Origin: Candidatus Hydrothermarchaeum profundi
Lineage (GTDB): Archaea; Hydrothermarchaeota; Hydrothermarchaeia; Hydrothermarchaeales; Hydrothermarchaeaceae
Assembly: GCA_002011125.2 (NCBI GenBank)
Contig: MTMF02000009.1
Coordinates: 1,032,989 to 1,096,988, forward strand
Direction: 5' to 3'
DNA: 64,000 nucleotides
Position 1 is the first letter of the stretch, and the number at the start of each line of letters is the position of its first letter. The notes under the pieces are model-generated. The model ran no database searches. It was not told the origin of the DNA and saw nothing but the letters and a program-made list of their open reading frames with translations. A program made the position numbers and the translations under genes. Below, piece by piece: positions 10,301-20,879 of this stretch.

Positions 10301-10654
10301 TCACCATTCATCAATAGCCTTTTCTATATTATTTGTCCACGTCTGTAGAGTTTCACGTAGATTTCTCTTTATTTCATCTTTTTCTACAGGGGCATACTCG
10401 AATGCCCGGCCTCTAGTTCTCATCACCGGCTTACGATAAGCCATTCCATAGCTTACTAAATTCTGAAGTGCCCTCTGTACTAGGCTCCTACTTTTCCCTA
10501 TTCTCTTACTTATTTCATCTGGAGTCCCTGCTTTTTCAAGTAGAGAAGAGTATACGTCGACTTCAAGCTTTCTCAGACCCAATAAGCATTGTAGTACTGA
10601 TTCTATCGTCACTTTCTTAGAACAAATAAGACTTCTTGCTTCAATCATATTCAT
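10301..10654 (-). CDS. archaeal wHTH transcriptional regulator (TrmB-like)
   Basis: CLLGL...EVDVY, HTH KSRSLVQRALQNLV and wing RGRAFEY. Confidence 0.82.
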   Translation of the reverse strand: MNMIEARSLICSKKVTIESVLQCLLGLRKLEVDVYSSLLEKAGTPDEISKRIGKSRSLVQRALQNLVSYGMAYRKPVMRTRGRAFEYAPVEKDEIKRNLRETLQTWTNNIEKAIDEW

Positions 10655-10691
10655 AGATGTTGAACAGTAACGAAATAATATTATTATAGAA

Positions 10692-12662
10692 TTAATAGGA
10701 TTCGTCTATCCCCCATGCGTTTTTAACTATAGCGGGGATTAACTGAAGCGCAATTCCAGCACATAAAAGAATGCTTCCGATCCATATTAGTGATACCAGT
10801 GGAATTGTTTTTATAGAGATTAAAATCAGATTTGATTGATACCCATAAAAAACCACGTAAAAATCTACTATTCCCCTCAAGATCTTAACTTTTGGATATT
10901 GCCCATATCGAGCGTCATCGATGAATAAAGCTTTTTCCTCTCCTAGAGAGTTTTCACCAGCAATAATCTCAAATCTAACATATTGGTACCAGTTGCCTTT
11001 GACATTCTGAATGTCTAGACCATTTAATTTTATTTTGTGACCCCCAAAATCTTTCATGGTGCCGATTTCTTGAGGGTACTGAAAGACTAATCTATACTCC
11101 TTTTCAAAAACAGTACTTGTTACTACACCAATTATTATTAAAACCATGCCTAAGTGGATCAGTTGCGGTCCTATTCTTTTGATTATTCTTTTCATATTCC
11201 TTTGTTTAAGTATGGTAAAGACCCGATATCCAATTCCAAAAAGCGCGAATACTACGAAAAAAATAGAATAATTAAAATATTTTGTATGCACTGGGCCTAT
11301 TATACCTATCAAAAGGTTAATAATTACCGCTCCCCCAGCGAGTTTTAAAAGATGATCTTTCTTAATAGTGCCTAAAAGTAAACAGAAACCCGTTAAAAGT
11401 ACCGCAAAATCAATCAAGAGAAAGCACCACTTATTGAAGAATTCTTTAGTAGTAGGGATTTCAACTCCTTTAAGAATCTTCATTATAACAGGATAAGTTA
11501 AACCCCATAACAGGACAACTGATATCCCAATAAAGACTACAACTGCCAAATATTGGGCAGTCGATATGGAAATAGAAGGCTTCTTTTTTGATAGCTTTAT
11601 ATTCTTTCTAGAAAGTTCTCTAAGAACTAAAACAGAGGAAATTATTGTTGTGATAATTATAAAACTTGCTAAGTGGGGACCTACAGTAGTACTCGCATAT
11701 CCATGAACGGATTTAAGAATGCCACTACGGGTTATGAAAGTTGTATAAAACACAAATATTAATGTGAAAAGACCAAGAGCAGGCCCTAAAATCTCAAATT
11801 TTCTTCTTGTACGATACATATAGGAAGCATGCATAAACGCTGTTAAGCTTACCCATAATAGTAGAGAGGCAGTTTCTACAGGGTCCCACGTCCAGTAACC
11901 ACCATACGATAGTTCTTCGTATGCCCAGACCCCACCAATAGTGATACCTATCGTTAAAAAAAGCCATGAGAACCTAGCCCAGTATCTCGAGATTTCTTCC
12001 CAGTCGCCAGTTCTTTCTAGAAAGTATATTAGTGAGGCAGCAAAAGGTACGGTTAGTGTTGCATAAGCTATAAACACAATAGGAGGATGGAGAGCCATCC
12101 AAGGGCTCATTAAAAAGGGATTCAATCCATTACCATCTATGAATCCTCTTTTGGGATCGTATTTCCCAATTGACCGGTAGTAATTTAATATAGTATCAAG
12201 AGGGATATTATTTTTGATCGCATAATCTTCAAAGCTACTAATAGTAGTTTGGAATGGATTCAGCAAGTACACCATTGCTAAAAGGATTAATCCTATTGAT
12301 AATACGATAATACCTGTTTTTCTGCGAAATTTCTCCCTTTTTTTGATGAGTACTATAGATGATAATATAGTCGCCCATGCCCACAGCAGGAAAGTTCCTT
12401 CTTGGCCTGCCCAAACCGCAGATAACTTATATGGAAGCGGTGTATCAACGCTTGAGTGAGTAAAGACATAGTTGATGTTATAATTCGTAAAGAAATAATA
12501 GGTGAGAACTGATACCACTACGGTAATCAATATTCCCAAGAGATTAAACCCACTATAAATCAAAGGGTCATATTCTCGTTTCTTGGCTTCGCAATATATT
12601 GTTAAAAATAAAAGCCCAGAACCCAATATGAGGGAGAATATCAGTAGTACGTTGCCTATCAA
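10692..12662 (-). CDS. ccmF: cytochrome c maturation protein CcmF
   Basis: WAGQEGT, GLNPFL...HPP, GGYWTWDPVE (WWD domain), TRSGILKSVH, HLG. Confidence 0.92.
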   Translation of the reverse strand: MIGNVLLIFSLILGSGLLFLTIYCEAKKREYDPLIYSGFNLLGILITVVVSVLTYYFFTNYNINYVFTHSSVDTPLPYKLSAVWAGQEGTFLLWAWATILSSIVLIKKREKFRRKTGIIVLSIGLILLAMVYLLNPFQTTISSFEDYAIKNNIPLDTILNYYRSIGKYDPKRGFIDGNGLNPFLMSPWMALHPPIVFIAYATLTVPFAASLIYFLERTGDWEEISRYWARFSWLFLTIGITIGGVWAYEELSYGGYWTWDPVETASLLLWVSLTAFMHASYMYRTRRKFEILGPALGLFTLIFVFYTTFITRSGILKSVHGYASTTVGPHLASFIIITTIISSVLVLRELSRKNIKLSKKKPSISISTAQYLAVVVFIGISVVLLWGLTYPVIMKILKGVEIPTTKEFFNKWCFLLIDFAVLLTGFCLLLGTIKKDHLLKLAGGAVIINLLIGIIGPVHTKYFNYSIFFVVFALFGIGYRVFTILKQRNMKRIIKRIGPQLIHLGMVLIIIGVVTSTVFEKEYRLVFQYPQEIGTMKDFGGHKIKLNGLDIQNVKGNWYQYVRFEIIAGENSLGEEKALFIDDARYGQYPKVKILRGIVDFYVVFYGYQSNLILISIKTIPLVSLIWIGSILLCAGIALQLIPAIVKNAWGIDESY

Positions 12663-13315
12663 CTTACCAACGTCCCGCCGTGATTTTCACCTTTTATTGC
12701 TTTCTCTATACTCTCTAAGTTCCTACCATCTAGTACAATTGTTCTGATTTTATTTCTATGGATTATTTTTGCGGCTACCGGGTCAATGATTGTACTTAGA
12801 CCAGCCTTGTGAACTTGCTCTACAAGCTCAATAAGTTTTTCTGATTTTATTTCTTTTAGTTTTATTGCCGAAGGATTTTTCCTAGGATCAGAATCATAGA
12901 TGCCATCAACGTTTGTTGCATTAATCAATAAATCAGCTTTACATTTTGCCGCTATTTCTGCGGAAACTGCGTCAGTAGTCTGCCCCGGTTTTATTCCGCC
13001 TATTATAAAAATATCTGAGCATTTGATATTCAGGTCCTCTGGTATGTCCTTATATACTCCAAATGCAGCTGAGATTAACATTGCATTTAATCTAGTAGCT
13101 AGTATTCCACTCTTGTCGCAGTAATCTTCAGATGCTCCAAGTTCTCTTAATGCTTGAATGTACTCTCTAGCTATTGCTCCTCCTCCTACTACTACTTTTA
13201 TATCGTGACCTTCCGTAGTCAGTTTTTTTATTAGTTGTGAAAAATTTTTTATGTAGTTCACGTTGGGTTTAGGAGATGCTATAACGGATCCTCCAATGCT
13301 AATAACTACTTTCAT
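12659..13315 (-). CDS. pyrH: UMP kinase
   Basis: ISIGGS, VVGGGAIAREY, PGQTTDAV, NVDGIYDSDP. Confidence 0.95.
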   Translation of the reverse strand: MKVVISIGGSVIASPKPNVNYIKNFSQLIKKLTTEGHDIKVVVGGGAIAREYIQALRELGASEDYCDKSGILATRLNAMLISAAFGVYKDIPEDLNIKCSDIFIIGGIKPGQTTDAVSAEIAAKCKADLLINATNVDGIYDSDPRKNPSAIKLKEIKSEKLIELVEQVHKAGLSTIIDPVAAKIIHRNKIRTIVLDGRNLESIEKAIKGENHGGTLVS

Positions 13316-13393
13316 AGATCCTATGGAGTAAGTGGAAGATATTAAATATTACTCCAAAAATGTATTAATTGGCTACCACTAAGCATTTTTTAG

Positions 13394-14641
13394 TTGGTTG
13401 AGAATATGAAGAAAGCATCATCAGTAGAACTTCATAAATTAAAGAAAGAGCTGGAAAGGCTTGAGAGTAAAGTTGGTAAGGGTACAGAACTAGTCAGTTT
13501 ACATATTCCCCCCGATAAAAATCTAAATGATGTAATGTCACATATGAGAGATGAATATTCCCAGGCTAATAATATCAAATCAGCTAGAACTAGGAAAAAC
13601 GTCCAAGCCGCTTTAGAGGTAATAATGCAAAGACTTAAAATGATAAAACAAGTGCCTGAGAACGGACTAGTATTGTTAGTTGGAACAATCCCTCGAGGCA
13701 CAAAAGATAAAATGGAGGTTTATTTGATTCATCCTCCTGAAAAATTGCAGACGTATGTTTATCATTGTGATTCGAAATTTTATCTTGATCCACTTAAAGA
13801 AATGCTTGAGGAAAAAGGGTCATATGGTCTACTCGTATTAGATAGAGGCGAAGCTACCGTAGGACTTCTTAAGGGGAAAAATATTGAGGTTGTTAAAAGA
13901 ATTAGTTCTACGGTTCCAGGGAAGCATGGTAGAGGCGGTCAAAGCCAAAGAAGGTTTGAAAGGCTTATTGAGATAGCGGCGCATGAGTATTTCAAGAGAG
14001 TGGGAGAACATGCTAGTGAAGTTTTCATGAATACCCCTGATCTCAGAGGAGTAATTTTAGGGGGGCCTGGACCGACTAAAGAATTTTTTTATAATGAAGG
14101 ATATCTCCATCCAAAAGTACAAGAGAAGATATTAGGTGTTGTTGATACATCCTATACTGATGAATTTGGTATTAAGGAGTTAGTGAATAAGTCATCTGAA
14201 ATTTTTAAAGATTTAGAGATTACAAAGGAGAAAAACCTCGTTCAAAAGTTTCTTCAAGAAGTTGTCAAGGATAGAGGATTAGCTGCATATGGCGAGGAGG
14301 AAGTACGAAACTTACTCAAAATGGGAGCGGTTGATACCATCCTTTATTCAGAAGATTTAGAGTCGTTTAGAGTCAAGGTTAAATGCTCTAATTGTGACTA
14401 CTCTAACTTAGTTACTACTAAAGATATTAAGAAATTAGAAGAAGAACTCGTACAAGAACCTTGTCCGAAATGTAATGAAAATTCTTTGGAGATAGAGGAG
14501 TATACTAGTACCCTAGACTTATTAATTGATATTGCAGAATCTACAGGGGCTAAAGTTGAGGTCATATCCACAGATACCGAGGAGGGACAGCAACTTAAAG
14601 CATTTGGCGGTATAGCCGCCATATTAAGGTTTCGTCCTTAA
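13394..14641 (+). CDS. prf1: peptide chain release factor aRF1
   Basis: GTELVSL, NIKS, YHCD and GGQS motifs; actual start may be ATG at 13406. Confidence 0.97.
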   Translation: MVENMKKASSVELHKLKKELERLESKVGKGTELVSLHIPPDKNLNDVMSHMRDEYSQANNIKSARTRKNVQAALEVIMQRLKMIKQVPENGLVLLVGTIPRGTKDKMEVYLIHPPEKLQTYVYHCDSKFYLDPLKEMLEEKGSYGLLVLDRGEATVGLLKGKNIEVVKRISSTVPGKHGRGGQSQRRFERLIEIAAHEYFKRVGEHASEVFMNTPDLRGVILGGPGPTKEFFYNEGYLHPKVQEKILGVVDTSYTDEFGIKELVNKSSEIFKDLEITKEKNLVQKFLQEVVKDRGLAAYGEEEVRNLLKMGAVDTILYSEDLESFRVKVKCSNCDYSNLVTTKDIKKLEEELVQEPCPKCNENSLEIEEYTSTLDLLIDIAESTGAKVEVISTDTEEGQQLKAFGGIAAILRFRP

Positions 14642-14659
14642 AAGAGGAGTGAGAATTAT

Positions 14660-16327
14660 TTGTTTGATAAATTTATAAATCAAGCTAAAGGCGAGGTAGA
14701 TAGAGTTCTAGAAGAGAAAGGCATATCCAAGGAGATAGTATTTGAAGAGCCTATTGAAGAATTTGGAGATCTCTCTACTCCTATATGTTTTGAATTAGCT
14801 CCATTAATGAAAAAGTCTCCTAAAGTACTTGCAGAAGAACTTGCTGGTGATATGGAGGCCGGGGGATTTATCCGGGAGATAAAGCCTGTCAATGGGTATG
14901 TAAACTTTTATTTAAATTACGAAAAACTAACCCCACTTTTGCTTGAAAAAATTAAGTCAGAGAAGGATAATTATGGACGGGGAAAAGGAAAAGAAAAGAT
15001 AATTTTAGAATGCACTTCAGCCAACCCGGATGGCCCTCTACACATTGGTCATGCACGAAATGGAATAATAGGTGATACTTTAGCGAGAGTGATGAGATTT
15101 GCGGGATATGATGTGGAAACACAATATTATGTGAATGATATGGGAAAACAGTTGGCAGTAGTGGTATGGGGTCTAAGGAGGTTTAAGATAGATAGCAAGA
15201 AAAAGAAAGACCACGCTATTTCTGAGATCTATGTAAAAGCTACTAAAGTTTTAAATGAGAATCCAGAGTATGAAAGTGAGATATCCGGGCTAATGAAGGA
15301 CTATGAGCAGGGGACTAAAGAAGTAAAAAGTGAATTTGAATATGCTGCCAATTATTGTCTAGATGGAATCCGTGAGACGCTAGAAAGAATTAAGATAAAT
15401 ATCGATACTTATATTTGGGAAAGTTCTTTCCTGAGGGATTCTTCTGTTAGTAAAGCGTTGGAAAGATTGGGAAAAACGAAGTATCTAAAAAAGAATGATG
15501 TCCTCTATTTAGACCTATCTGAATTTGGAGTTGAAAAGGAACTAATCTTAACTAGGAAAGATGGGACGTCTCTGTATGTAACTAGGGATATAGCTTATCA
15601 CCTTTGGAAATCATCTAGAGGTTTAGTTGTAGATATATTTGGTGCAGATCATAAGCTGGTTTCAACCCAGTTATCGCTAGCTCTCAGAATATTGGGCGTA
15701 AAGCAACCTGAATTCGTGATATATGAATTTATATCGCTCCCTGGGGGGAAAATGTCTACTCGCAGAGGGATTTTTATTTCTTTGGATGAACTTTTAGATG
15801 AGAGTGCTGAAAGAGCATTAAGAGAAGTTAATAAGAGAAGGCCAAAGCTCAATGAGAGTTTGAAAGCTAAAATAGCTGAAAGTGTGGGTGTTGGAGCCGT
15901 AAGATTTAATGTTATAAAAATATCTCCAGAGAAACCTATTATTTTTAGATGGGAGGAGGCTTTGGATTTTGAGAGGCAGGGGTCTCCTTTTATCCAGTAT
16001 GCACATGCTAGGGCGTGTAGGATTCTTGAAAAAGCAGAGATTAAAGACTCTTATGAAGTTCCTTCCCTCTCATCTAATGAAAAGAAGCTTGTAAAGGTAC
16101 TCTCTAAATTCCCGGTCAAGGTTAGCGAGGCCGCTGAAAGTAGGCGTCCTCATATAATAGCTAATTATGCCCTAGAACTTGCAGACAGTTTTCACCGGTT
16201 TTATATGTTTGAACCAGTTCTAAAATCTGATAAAAAAGATTTTAGAGTACATTTAGTTTTAGCGAGCAAAATTGTTTTAGCTAATACCCTGAGTCTTTTG
16301 GGAATAGATCCTCTGGAAGAGATGTAA
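14660..16327 (+). CDS. argS: arginyl-tRNA synthetase
   Basis: SANPDGPLHIGHARN, KMSTRRG, QYAHAR; TTG start downstream of GAGGAG. Confidence 0.97.
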   Translation: MFDKFINQAKGEVDRVLEEKGISKEIVFEEPIEEFGDLSTPICFELAPLMKKSPKVLAEELAGDMEAGGFIREIKPVNGYVNFYLNYEKLTPLLLEKIKSEKDNYGRGKGKEKIILECTSANPDGPLHIGHARNGIIGDTLARVMRFAGYDVETQYYVNDMGKQLAVVVWGLRRFKIDSKKKKDHAISEIYVKATKVLNENPEYESEISGLMKDYEQGTKEVKSEFEYAANYCLDGIRETLERIKINIDTYIWESSFLRDSSVSKALERLGKTKYLKKNDVLYLDLSEFGVEKELILTRKDGTSLYVTRDIAYHLWKSSRGLVVDIFGADHKLVSTQLSLALRILGVKQPEFVIYEFISLPGGKMSTRRGIFISLDELLDESAERALREVNKRRPKLNESLKAKIAESVGVGAVRFNVIKISPEKPIIFRWEEALDFERQGSPFIQYAHARACRILEKAEIKDSYEVPSLSSNEKKLVKVLSKFPVKVSEAAESRRPHIIANYALELADSFHRFYMFEPVLKSDKKDFRVHLVLASKIVLANTLSLLGIDPLEEM

Positions 16328-16459
16328 CCCAATTGCCCCGATATGTAGGGTTATACCGACTCCTAGGAGCGTTAAAATTGCTATGGGGAGTTTTAATAAT
16401 ACCGCTGTTATCGTTAGTGGATATACCACAAAGAGAGTGAATTCAATAATCTTACTCAT
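16277..16459 (-). CDS. small hydrophobic protein (about 2 TM)
   Basis: 60-aa hydrophobic ORF with a TTTATAAA box about 25 bp upstream; overlaps the argS 3' end. Confidence 0.4.
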   Translation of the reverse strand: MSKIIEFTLFVVYPLTITAVLLKLPIAILTLLGVGITLHIGAIGLHLFQRIYSQKTQGIS

Positions 16460-16644
16460 AAATATATAGAGTATAATTCATTTTTATAAATTATAGATCT
16501 TTTGAAATGGCGAAATCATTTAAGTTCTGAGATAAAAATTCTCTATAATAGTTTGCTTCACCATATTTTTGTTGGAGAGTTTGTGACATTATTCGCAAGA
16601 ATCCACGTAAGATATTTATCTTTTTTTGCCTTTAGTGTTATTCC

Positions 16645-17001
16645 ATGGAGGACTACGGTAAAAGTCTCATGGATATACGGAGAGAGGAAAGAGAAAAGCT
16701 TAGGAGAATATTCTCCTTAATCTTGAGTGTTACTTCTATTGTGCTCGGTGCGGCTCTCGCTTATGTGGGATACTCGGAAGAGAGTTTGTTGGGTTTATTC
16801 TTTTATTTTCTTTTTGGTCTGGGCTTAGTTTTTGTAGGCTTCCAAATTTTTCTCATGGAAACTAAAGAAAAAACTAAGAAAGTCGAAAATAATCCACCTC
16901 AAGAACAACAAGAGAAGCCTGATGTTGATAAGTGCCCTCATTGTGGAGCGGATATAACTACGGCTGGAAAGTTTTGCGGAAGCTGTGGAAGGATGTTATG
17001 A
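16645..17001 (+). CDS. 2-TM membrane protein with C-terminal zinc ribbon
   Basis: Two TM segments, then CPHCGA...KFCGSCG. Confidence 0.8.
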   Translation: MEDYGKSLMDIRREEREKLRRIFSLILSVTSIVLGAALAYVGYSEESLLGLFFYFLFGLGLVFVGFQIFLMETKEKTKKVENNPPQEQQEKPDVDKCPHCGADITTAGKFCGSCGRML

Positions 17002-17787
17002 GAGAGCCTTAGCCGTTTTAAAAGCTCTTAAATAGCCATCTACCGAATTAGCTCTTGAGGTATCGATTAGACACTTATCAACTCCGACTATGGGGGCTCC
17101 ATAGCCTTTACCATTTCCTATAAAAACCAAAGTTCTAAAAATCAAGTTTCCTGTAATGCCATTTGGGGCTATTATAAAATTTGCTCCATCTTTAATGGCA
17201 TCTTCAATTAATATCGAGTAATTTTTAACATTTCTTAAGGAACTAGAGATAAACTCGGCTTCGTCTAATGTCTTGTCTACTAGAGCATGCCTACCGTAAT
17301 CCTGCTTCCTACCACCACTTAATATACCAATTCTAGGTGTTAATCCAAGTTTCATTAGAATCTTGGTGCCCTCACTAATCAGAAAGGTCTTATCCTCAAT
17401 GCTCCATCCCTCGTCTATACCAACCGGAGCAAGCATAAAGGATTTCCCTTCGGGGGATTCTAATATTGCTATTCTACTTATTTTAGTATTGAAAGCATTT
17501 TTAATTGCTTGGATGAAACGCTTCGCATCTCCTGATCCCCTTATTGCAACATCTACCCTTCCTTTTTTTACTAATTCAACTAAATAGTTCTCTACATTTT
17601 TGGATTCTACTACCTCCGTATTTACATTGCTAGAAAATTTTAGTGGGGTAACTACGGTTACCTCTCCCTCTATTTCTGCAGCCTCTATGATCTTATTTAC
17701 ATACCCCTCTCTTTCGATTCCTGCACCAATAGCTATTTTTACTTTTTTTGCTTGTGCAACTTTCTCCAAAGCCTTTATAATGTCCAT
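16996..17787 (-). CDS. mtxX: MtxX / methanogenesis marker 4 family (phosphotransacetylase-like fold)
   Basis: LAPVGIDEG, ILSGGR..DYGR, ILIEDA, GITGNLIFRTL and DTSR motifs. Confidence 0.88.
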   Translation of the reverse strand: MDIIKALEKVAQAKKVKIAIGAGIEREGYVNKIIEAAEIEGEVTVVTPLKFSSNVNTEVVESKNVENYLVELVKKGRVDVAIRGSGDAKRFIQAIKNAFNTKISRIAILESPEGKSFMLAPVGIDEGWSIEDKTFLISEGTKILMKLGLTPRIGILSGGRKQDYGRHALVDKTLDEAEFISSSLRNVKNYSILIEDAIKDGANFIIAPNGITGNLIFRTLVFIGNGKGYGAPIVGVDKCLIDTSRANSVDGYLRAFKTAKALS

Positions 17788-17866
17788 AACATAAATTTGT
17801 GAGATAATACTTTAAAAATTACTTATAGGAAAAAATAAATATCTACGACTTATTAAAGGAGAGAGG

Positions 17867-18637
17867 ATGCTAAGTAAGCTACTAAAGCCGATTTATTTTG
17901 TATATGAGGCAAAGCTGGAAAGAGATGTTAAGAAGGGGAAACTACCTCGTCACATAGCCATTATTATGGATGGGAATAGGAGGTTAGCAGAAAAAGTAGG
18001 TATTATGCCATGGGAAGGACATAGACTTGGGGCTCAAAAGTTAGAAGAAGTATTAGATTGGTGCATCGATTTAGGAATAAAAACCGTCACGGCATACGCT
18101 TTTTCCAATGAAAACTTTTATAGACCAAAAATAGAGAGAGAACGTCTTTTTGATTTGTTTGAGGAGTATTTTAACAAGGTTGCGGTAGACAAAAAAATAC
18201 ATAAAAATAAGGCTAGGGTTAAGGCTATTGGCAGGAAGGAGAAATTTCCTCCGAGAGTAAGAGAGGCGATAAGAAGGGCAGAGGAGGCTACTAAGGATTA
18301 TAATAATTTTCACCTAAATTTAGCTGTGGCGTATGGAGGAAGACAGGAGATAGTGGACGCTGTAAAATCTGTTGCATCTGATGTCAAGACCGGTAAACTA
18401 GAGATAAAAGATATCGATGAGAAGATAATAAGTAAAAATCTGTATACAAATGGCTTGCCTGACCCTGATCTAGTGATAAGGACTTCAGGTGAAGAAAGAA
18501 TCTCGGGATTTCTTTTGTGGCAAAGTGCCTATTCCGAGTTATACTTCTGCGAGAGTTATTGGCCAGGGTTTAGAAAGATCGATTTTTTGAGGGCTATTAG
18601 GACATTCCAGCAGAGAAAGAGGAGATTTGGAAGATAG
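17867..18637 (+). CDS. uppS: cis-prenyltransferase (undecaprenyl diphosphate synthase)
   Basis: HIAIIMDGNRR, YAFSNENF, YGGRQE, IRTSGEERISGFLLWQ. Confidence 0.96.
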   Translation: MLSKLLKPIYFVYEAKLERDVKKGKLPRHIAIIMDGNRRLAEKVGIMPWEGHRLGAQKLEEVLDWCIDLGIKTVTAYAFSNENFYRPKIERERLFDLFEEYFNKVAVDKKIHKNKARVKAIGRKEKFPPRVREAIRRAEEATKDYNNFHLNLAVAYGGRQEIVDAVKSVASDVKTGKLEIKDIDEKIISKNLYTNGLPDPDLVIRTSGEERISGFLLWQSAYSELYFCESYWPGFRKIDFLRAIRTFQQRKRRFGR

Positions 18638-18666
18638 GTTTATAAATATGCTTAATAAAGATATGA

Positions 18667-19122
18667 TTGAAGGCCATGAGGAAGGTAATTGCTCTAACAT
18701 TAATTGTTTGTTTTGTTTTAAATGTTAGCGGGTTATGGGGATATGAGAAGACATCTACAGTTTTAATGAAATTTGAGGACGGTACAGCTATTAATGCCGA
18801 GGTAGCTAGGGATAAAGCGAGAGGACTCATGTTTAGGGACTCTCTGAATGAGAATGAAGGAATGTTTTTTTCTTTCGATGAAATGGGGAAGTATGGTTTC
18901 TGGATGAAAAATATGAAGTTTCCTCTTGATATAATATGGCTTGATGAAAATTTCCGAGTCGTACATATAGAGGAAAATGTTCCCCCTTGTAATGACGAAT
19001 GTCCTACATATATTCCTGAGAGACCAGCAAAGTATGTACTTGAGGTTCAAGCAAATTTTGCAGTAGAACACTCAGTAGGACTAGGAGATAAAGTGTATGC
19101 AACCGAAGAAATTATTGCTTGA
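18667..19122 (+). CDS. DUF192 family exported protein
   Basis: RGLMFR, FWMKNMKFPLDIIW, YVLEV; N-terminal signal-like segment. Confidence 0.9.
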   Translation: MKAMRKVIALTLIVCFVLNVSGLWGYEKTSTVLMKFEDGTAINAEVARDKARGLMFRDSLNENEGMFFSFDEMGKYGFWMKNMKFPLDIIWLDENFRVVHIEENVPPCNDECPTYIPERPAKYVLEVQANFAVEHSVGLGDKVYATEEIIA

Positions 19123-19137
19123 ATGAGTATCTCGAAT

Positions 19138-19626
19138 TCATATCCTAACTATTCTTACATCCATCTCTTCGGTATCTAGCAAAGCCAAAGTTTTTTCTCC
19201 ACTTAGATAACCACAAAGCTCTCCGGGATTAGTCACTAGAGTACTTTCTACTCTTTTAACATCTGATTTATGTGTATGTCCAGTTATAACAACGTCATAA
19301 AGACCGCTCTTTATTAAGGCATTCGTAACTGCTTGAATAGTTCCGTGGTATACTACTATTTTTTTGCCATTATGTTTAATCTCTGCTAGTTCTTGTAGGG
19401 AAGCATTCATTTCAGAGAACTTCAGGGAGAGGAGTCTCTTTTCTCCGTCATTATTTCCATAAACTCCTATAAACTCTGCCTTCAGTTTACTAAATTCTGG
19501 CACAGTAAAGGGAGATATAATATCTCCGGCATGGATAACCAGATCCACTTTGTGCGAATTAAAATATTTTACTGCCTTCTTAATTGCATCTACATTATCA
19601 TGGCTGTCAGATAGAATCCCAATCAA
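19138..19626 (-). CDS. YfcE/MJ0936-like metallophosphoesterase
   Basis: SDSH, HAGD, GNND, GHTH, NPGE. Confidence 0.92.
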   Translation of the reverse strand: MIGILSDSHDNVDAIKKAVKYFNSHKVDLVIHAGDIISPFTVPEFSKLKAEFIGVYGNNDGEKRLLSLKFSEMNASLQELAEIKHNGKKIVVYHGTIQAVTNALIKSGLYDVVITGHTHKSDVKRVESTLVTNPGELCGYLSGEKTLALLDTEEMDVRIVRI

Positions 19627-19723
19627 CTATATCACCTTCTTTAATAGTGCATTATTTTTAAAAATAAGTTTTTGTAAGCCGTATATATTATACACTTGAG
19701 AATAGATGTAATTAGGTGTTAAA

Positions 19724-20854
19724 ATGTTTGCAAAACGCTTGGATTATATTGATATCTCAGGTATAAGAAAGATGTTTGAAATGGCTGGTGGGAGGGATAT
19801 TATTAATTTAGCTTTAGGGGAGCCGGATTTTCCTATACCTCCAGAGTCTAAAGAAGAAATCAAAAGAGCGATTGAAGAAGATTTTACTCATTACACTCCT
19901 AATAAAGGGATACTTGAGTTGCGTGAAGAACTAGCGAAGAAATTTGAAAATAGAGGTATTAAAACCGATCCTCAGCAAATTATAGTTACATCTGGAGCAT
20001 CCGAGGCTCTGTTCCTCGCTATTATGGCATTCGTAGATGTTAAAGATGAGGTCTTAATTCCAGACCCAGGTTTTGTATCTTTTAATCCAATGGTCAGATT
20101 GGCAGGGGGATTACCTATCTCTGTTCCTCTAAAGGAGGAAGACGGATTTGTAATAGATTTAGAGGAAGTAAAAAAAAGGATCAGTAAGAAAACGAAAATG
20201 CTCATAGTAAACTCGCCAAGTAATCCGACAGGGGCAGTATTTCCAAAAGAAACTATAAAAGGGTTAGCGGAAATATGCGAGGATTACAACATAATGGCGT
20301 TATCTGACGAAGTTTATGAAGATATTATTTATGAAGGAAAACACTATAGCGTTGGTCAATATACGGATAACTCGATAGTTGTAAGCGCTTTTTCTAAAAC
20401 TTATGCGATGACTGGACTGAGATTAGGCTATCTTAAAAGCACCAATGAAGCGGTAGAAGAAATGCTTAAAGTGCATCAGTATATTCAGGCAAGTACTTGT
20501 TCTCTATCCCAAGTGGCTGCGCTTGCTGCACTTAAGACTAAGGGTTTCGTAGAAGCGATGGTTAAGGTATTCAAGAAGCGTCGGGAGATCGCAGTGGATC
20601 TTCTAAATAAAATAGATGGAGTCACTTGTTCGCTTCCTAAGGGCGCATTTTATGTTTTCCCGAACTTTTCAAAATTCGGAAGATCCTCGGATTTATCGAT
20701 GGAGTTTCTTAAAGAAGCAAAGGTCATAACTACGCCGGGTACAGCATTTGGACAATACGGAGAAGGATTCATTAGATTTTCTTACGCGACTAGTGAAAAT
20801 AATATTTCAAAAGGGATTGAGAGGATCAGGAAATATTTATATTCTGTAAAATAA
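19724..20854 (+). CDS. PLP-dependent class I/II aminotransferase (aspartate aminotransferase-like)
   Basis: GEPDF, NSPSNPTG, SDEVY, FSKTYAMTGLRLG. Confidence 0.92.
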   Translation: MFAKRLDYIDISGIRKMFEMAGGRDIINLALGEPDFPIPPESKEEIKRAIEEDFTHYTPNKGILELREELAKKFENRGIKTDPQQIIVTSGASEALFLAIMAFVDVKDEVLIPDPGFVSFNPMVRLAGGLPISVPLKEEDGFVIDLEEVKKRISKKTKMLIVNSPSNPTGAVFPKETIKGLAEICEDYNIMALSDEVYEDIIYEGKHYSVGQYTDNSIVVSAFSKTYAMTGLRLGYLKSTNEAVEEMLKVHQYIQASTCSLSQVAALAALKTKGFVEAMVKVFKKRREIAVDLLNKIDGVTCSLPKGAFYVFPNFSKFGRSSDLSMEFLKEAKVITTPGTAFGQYGEGFIRFSYATSENNISKGIERIRKYLYSVK

Positions 20855-20879
20855 AAGTTGGCTGGAGGCTTGAATAATC

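Noticed and set aside
10242-10315. Possible C/D-box sRNA (minus-strand TTGATGA...CTGA)
   Set aside because: The C-like box lies in the regulator's coding end, the spacing is long and no internal C'/D' boxes are evident.
19724-20854. Aminotransferase as methanofuran enzyme MfnC
   Set aside because: It is not near mfnB and looks like a general aspartate aminotransferase; it cannot be distinguished by eye.
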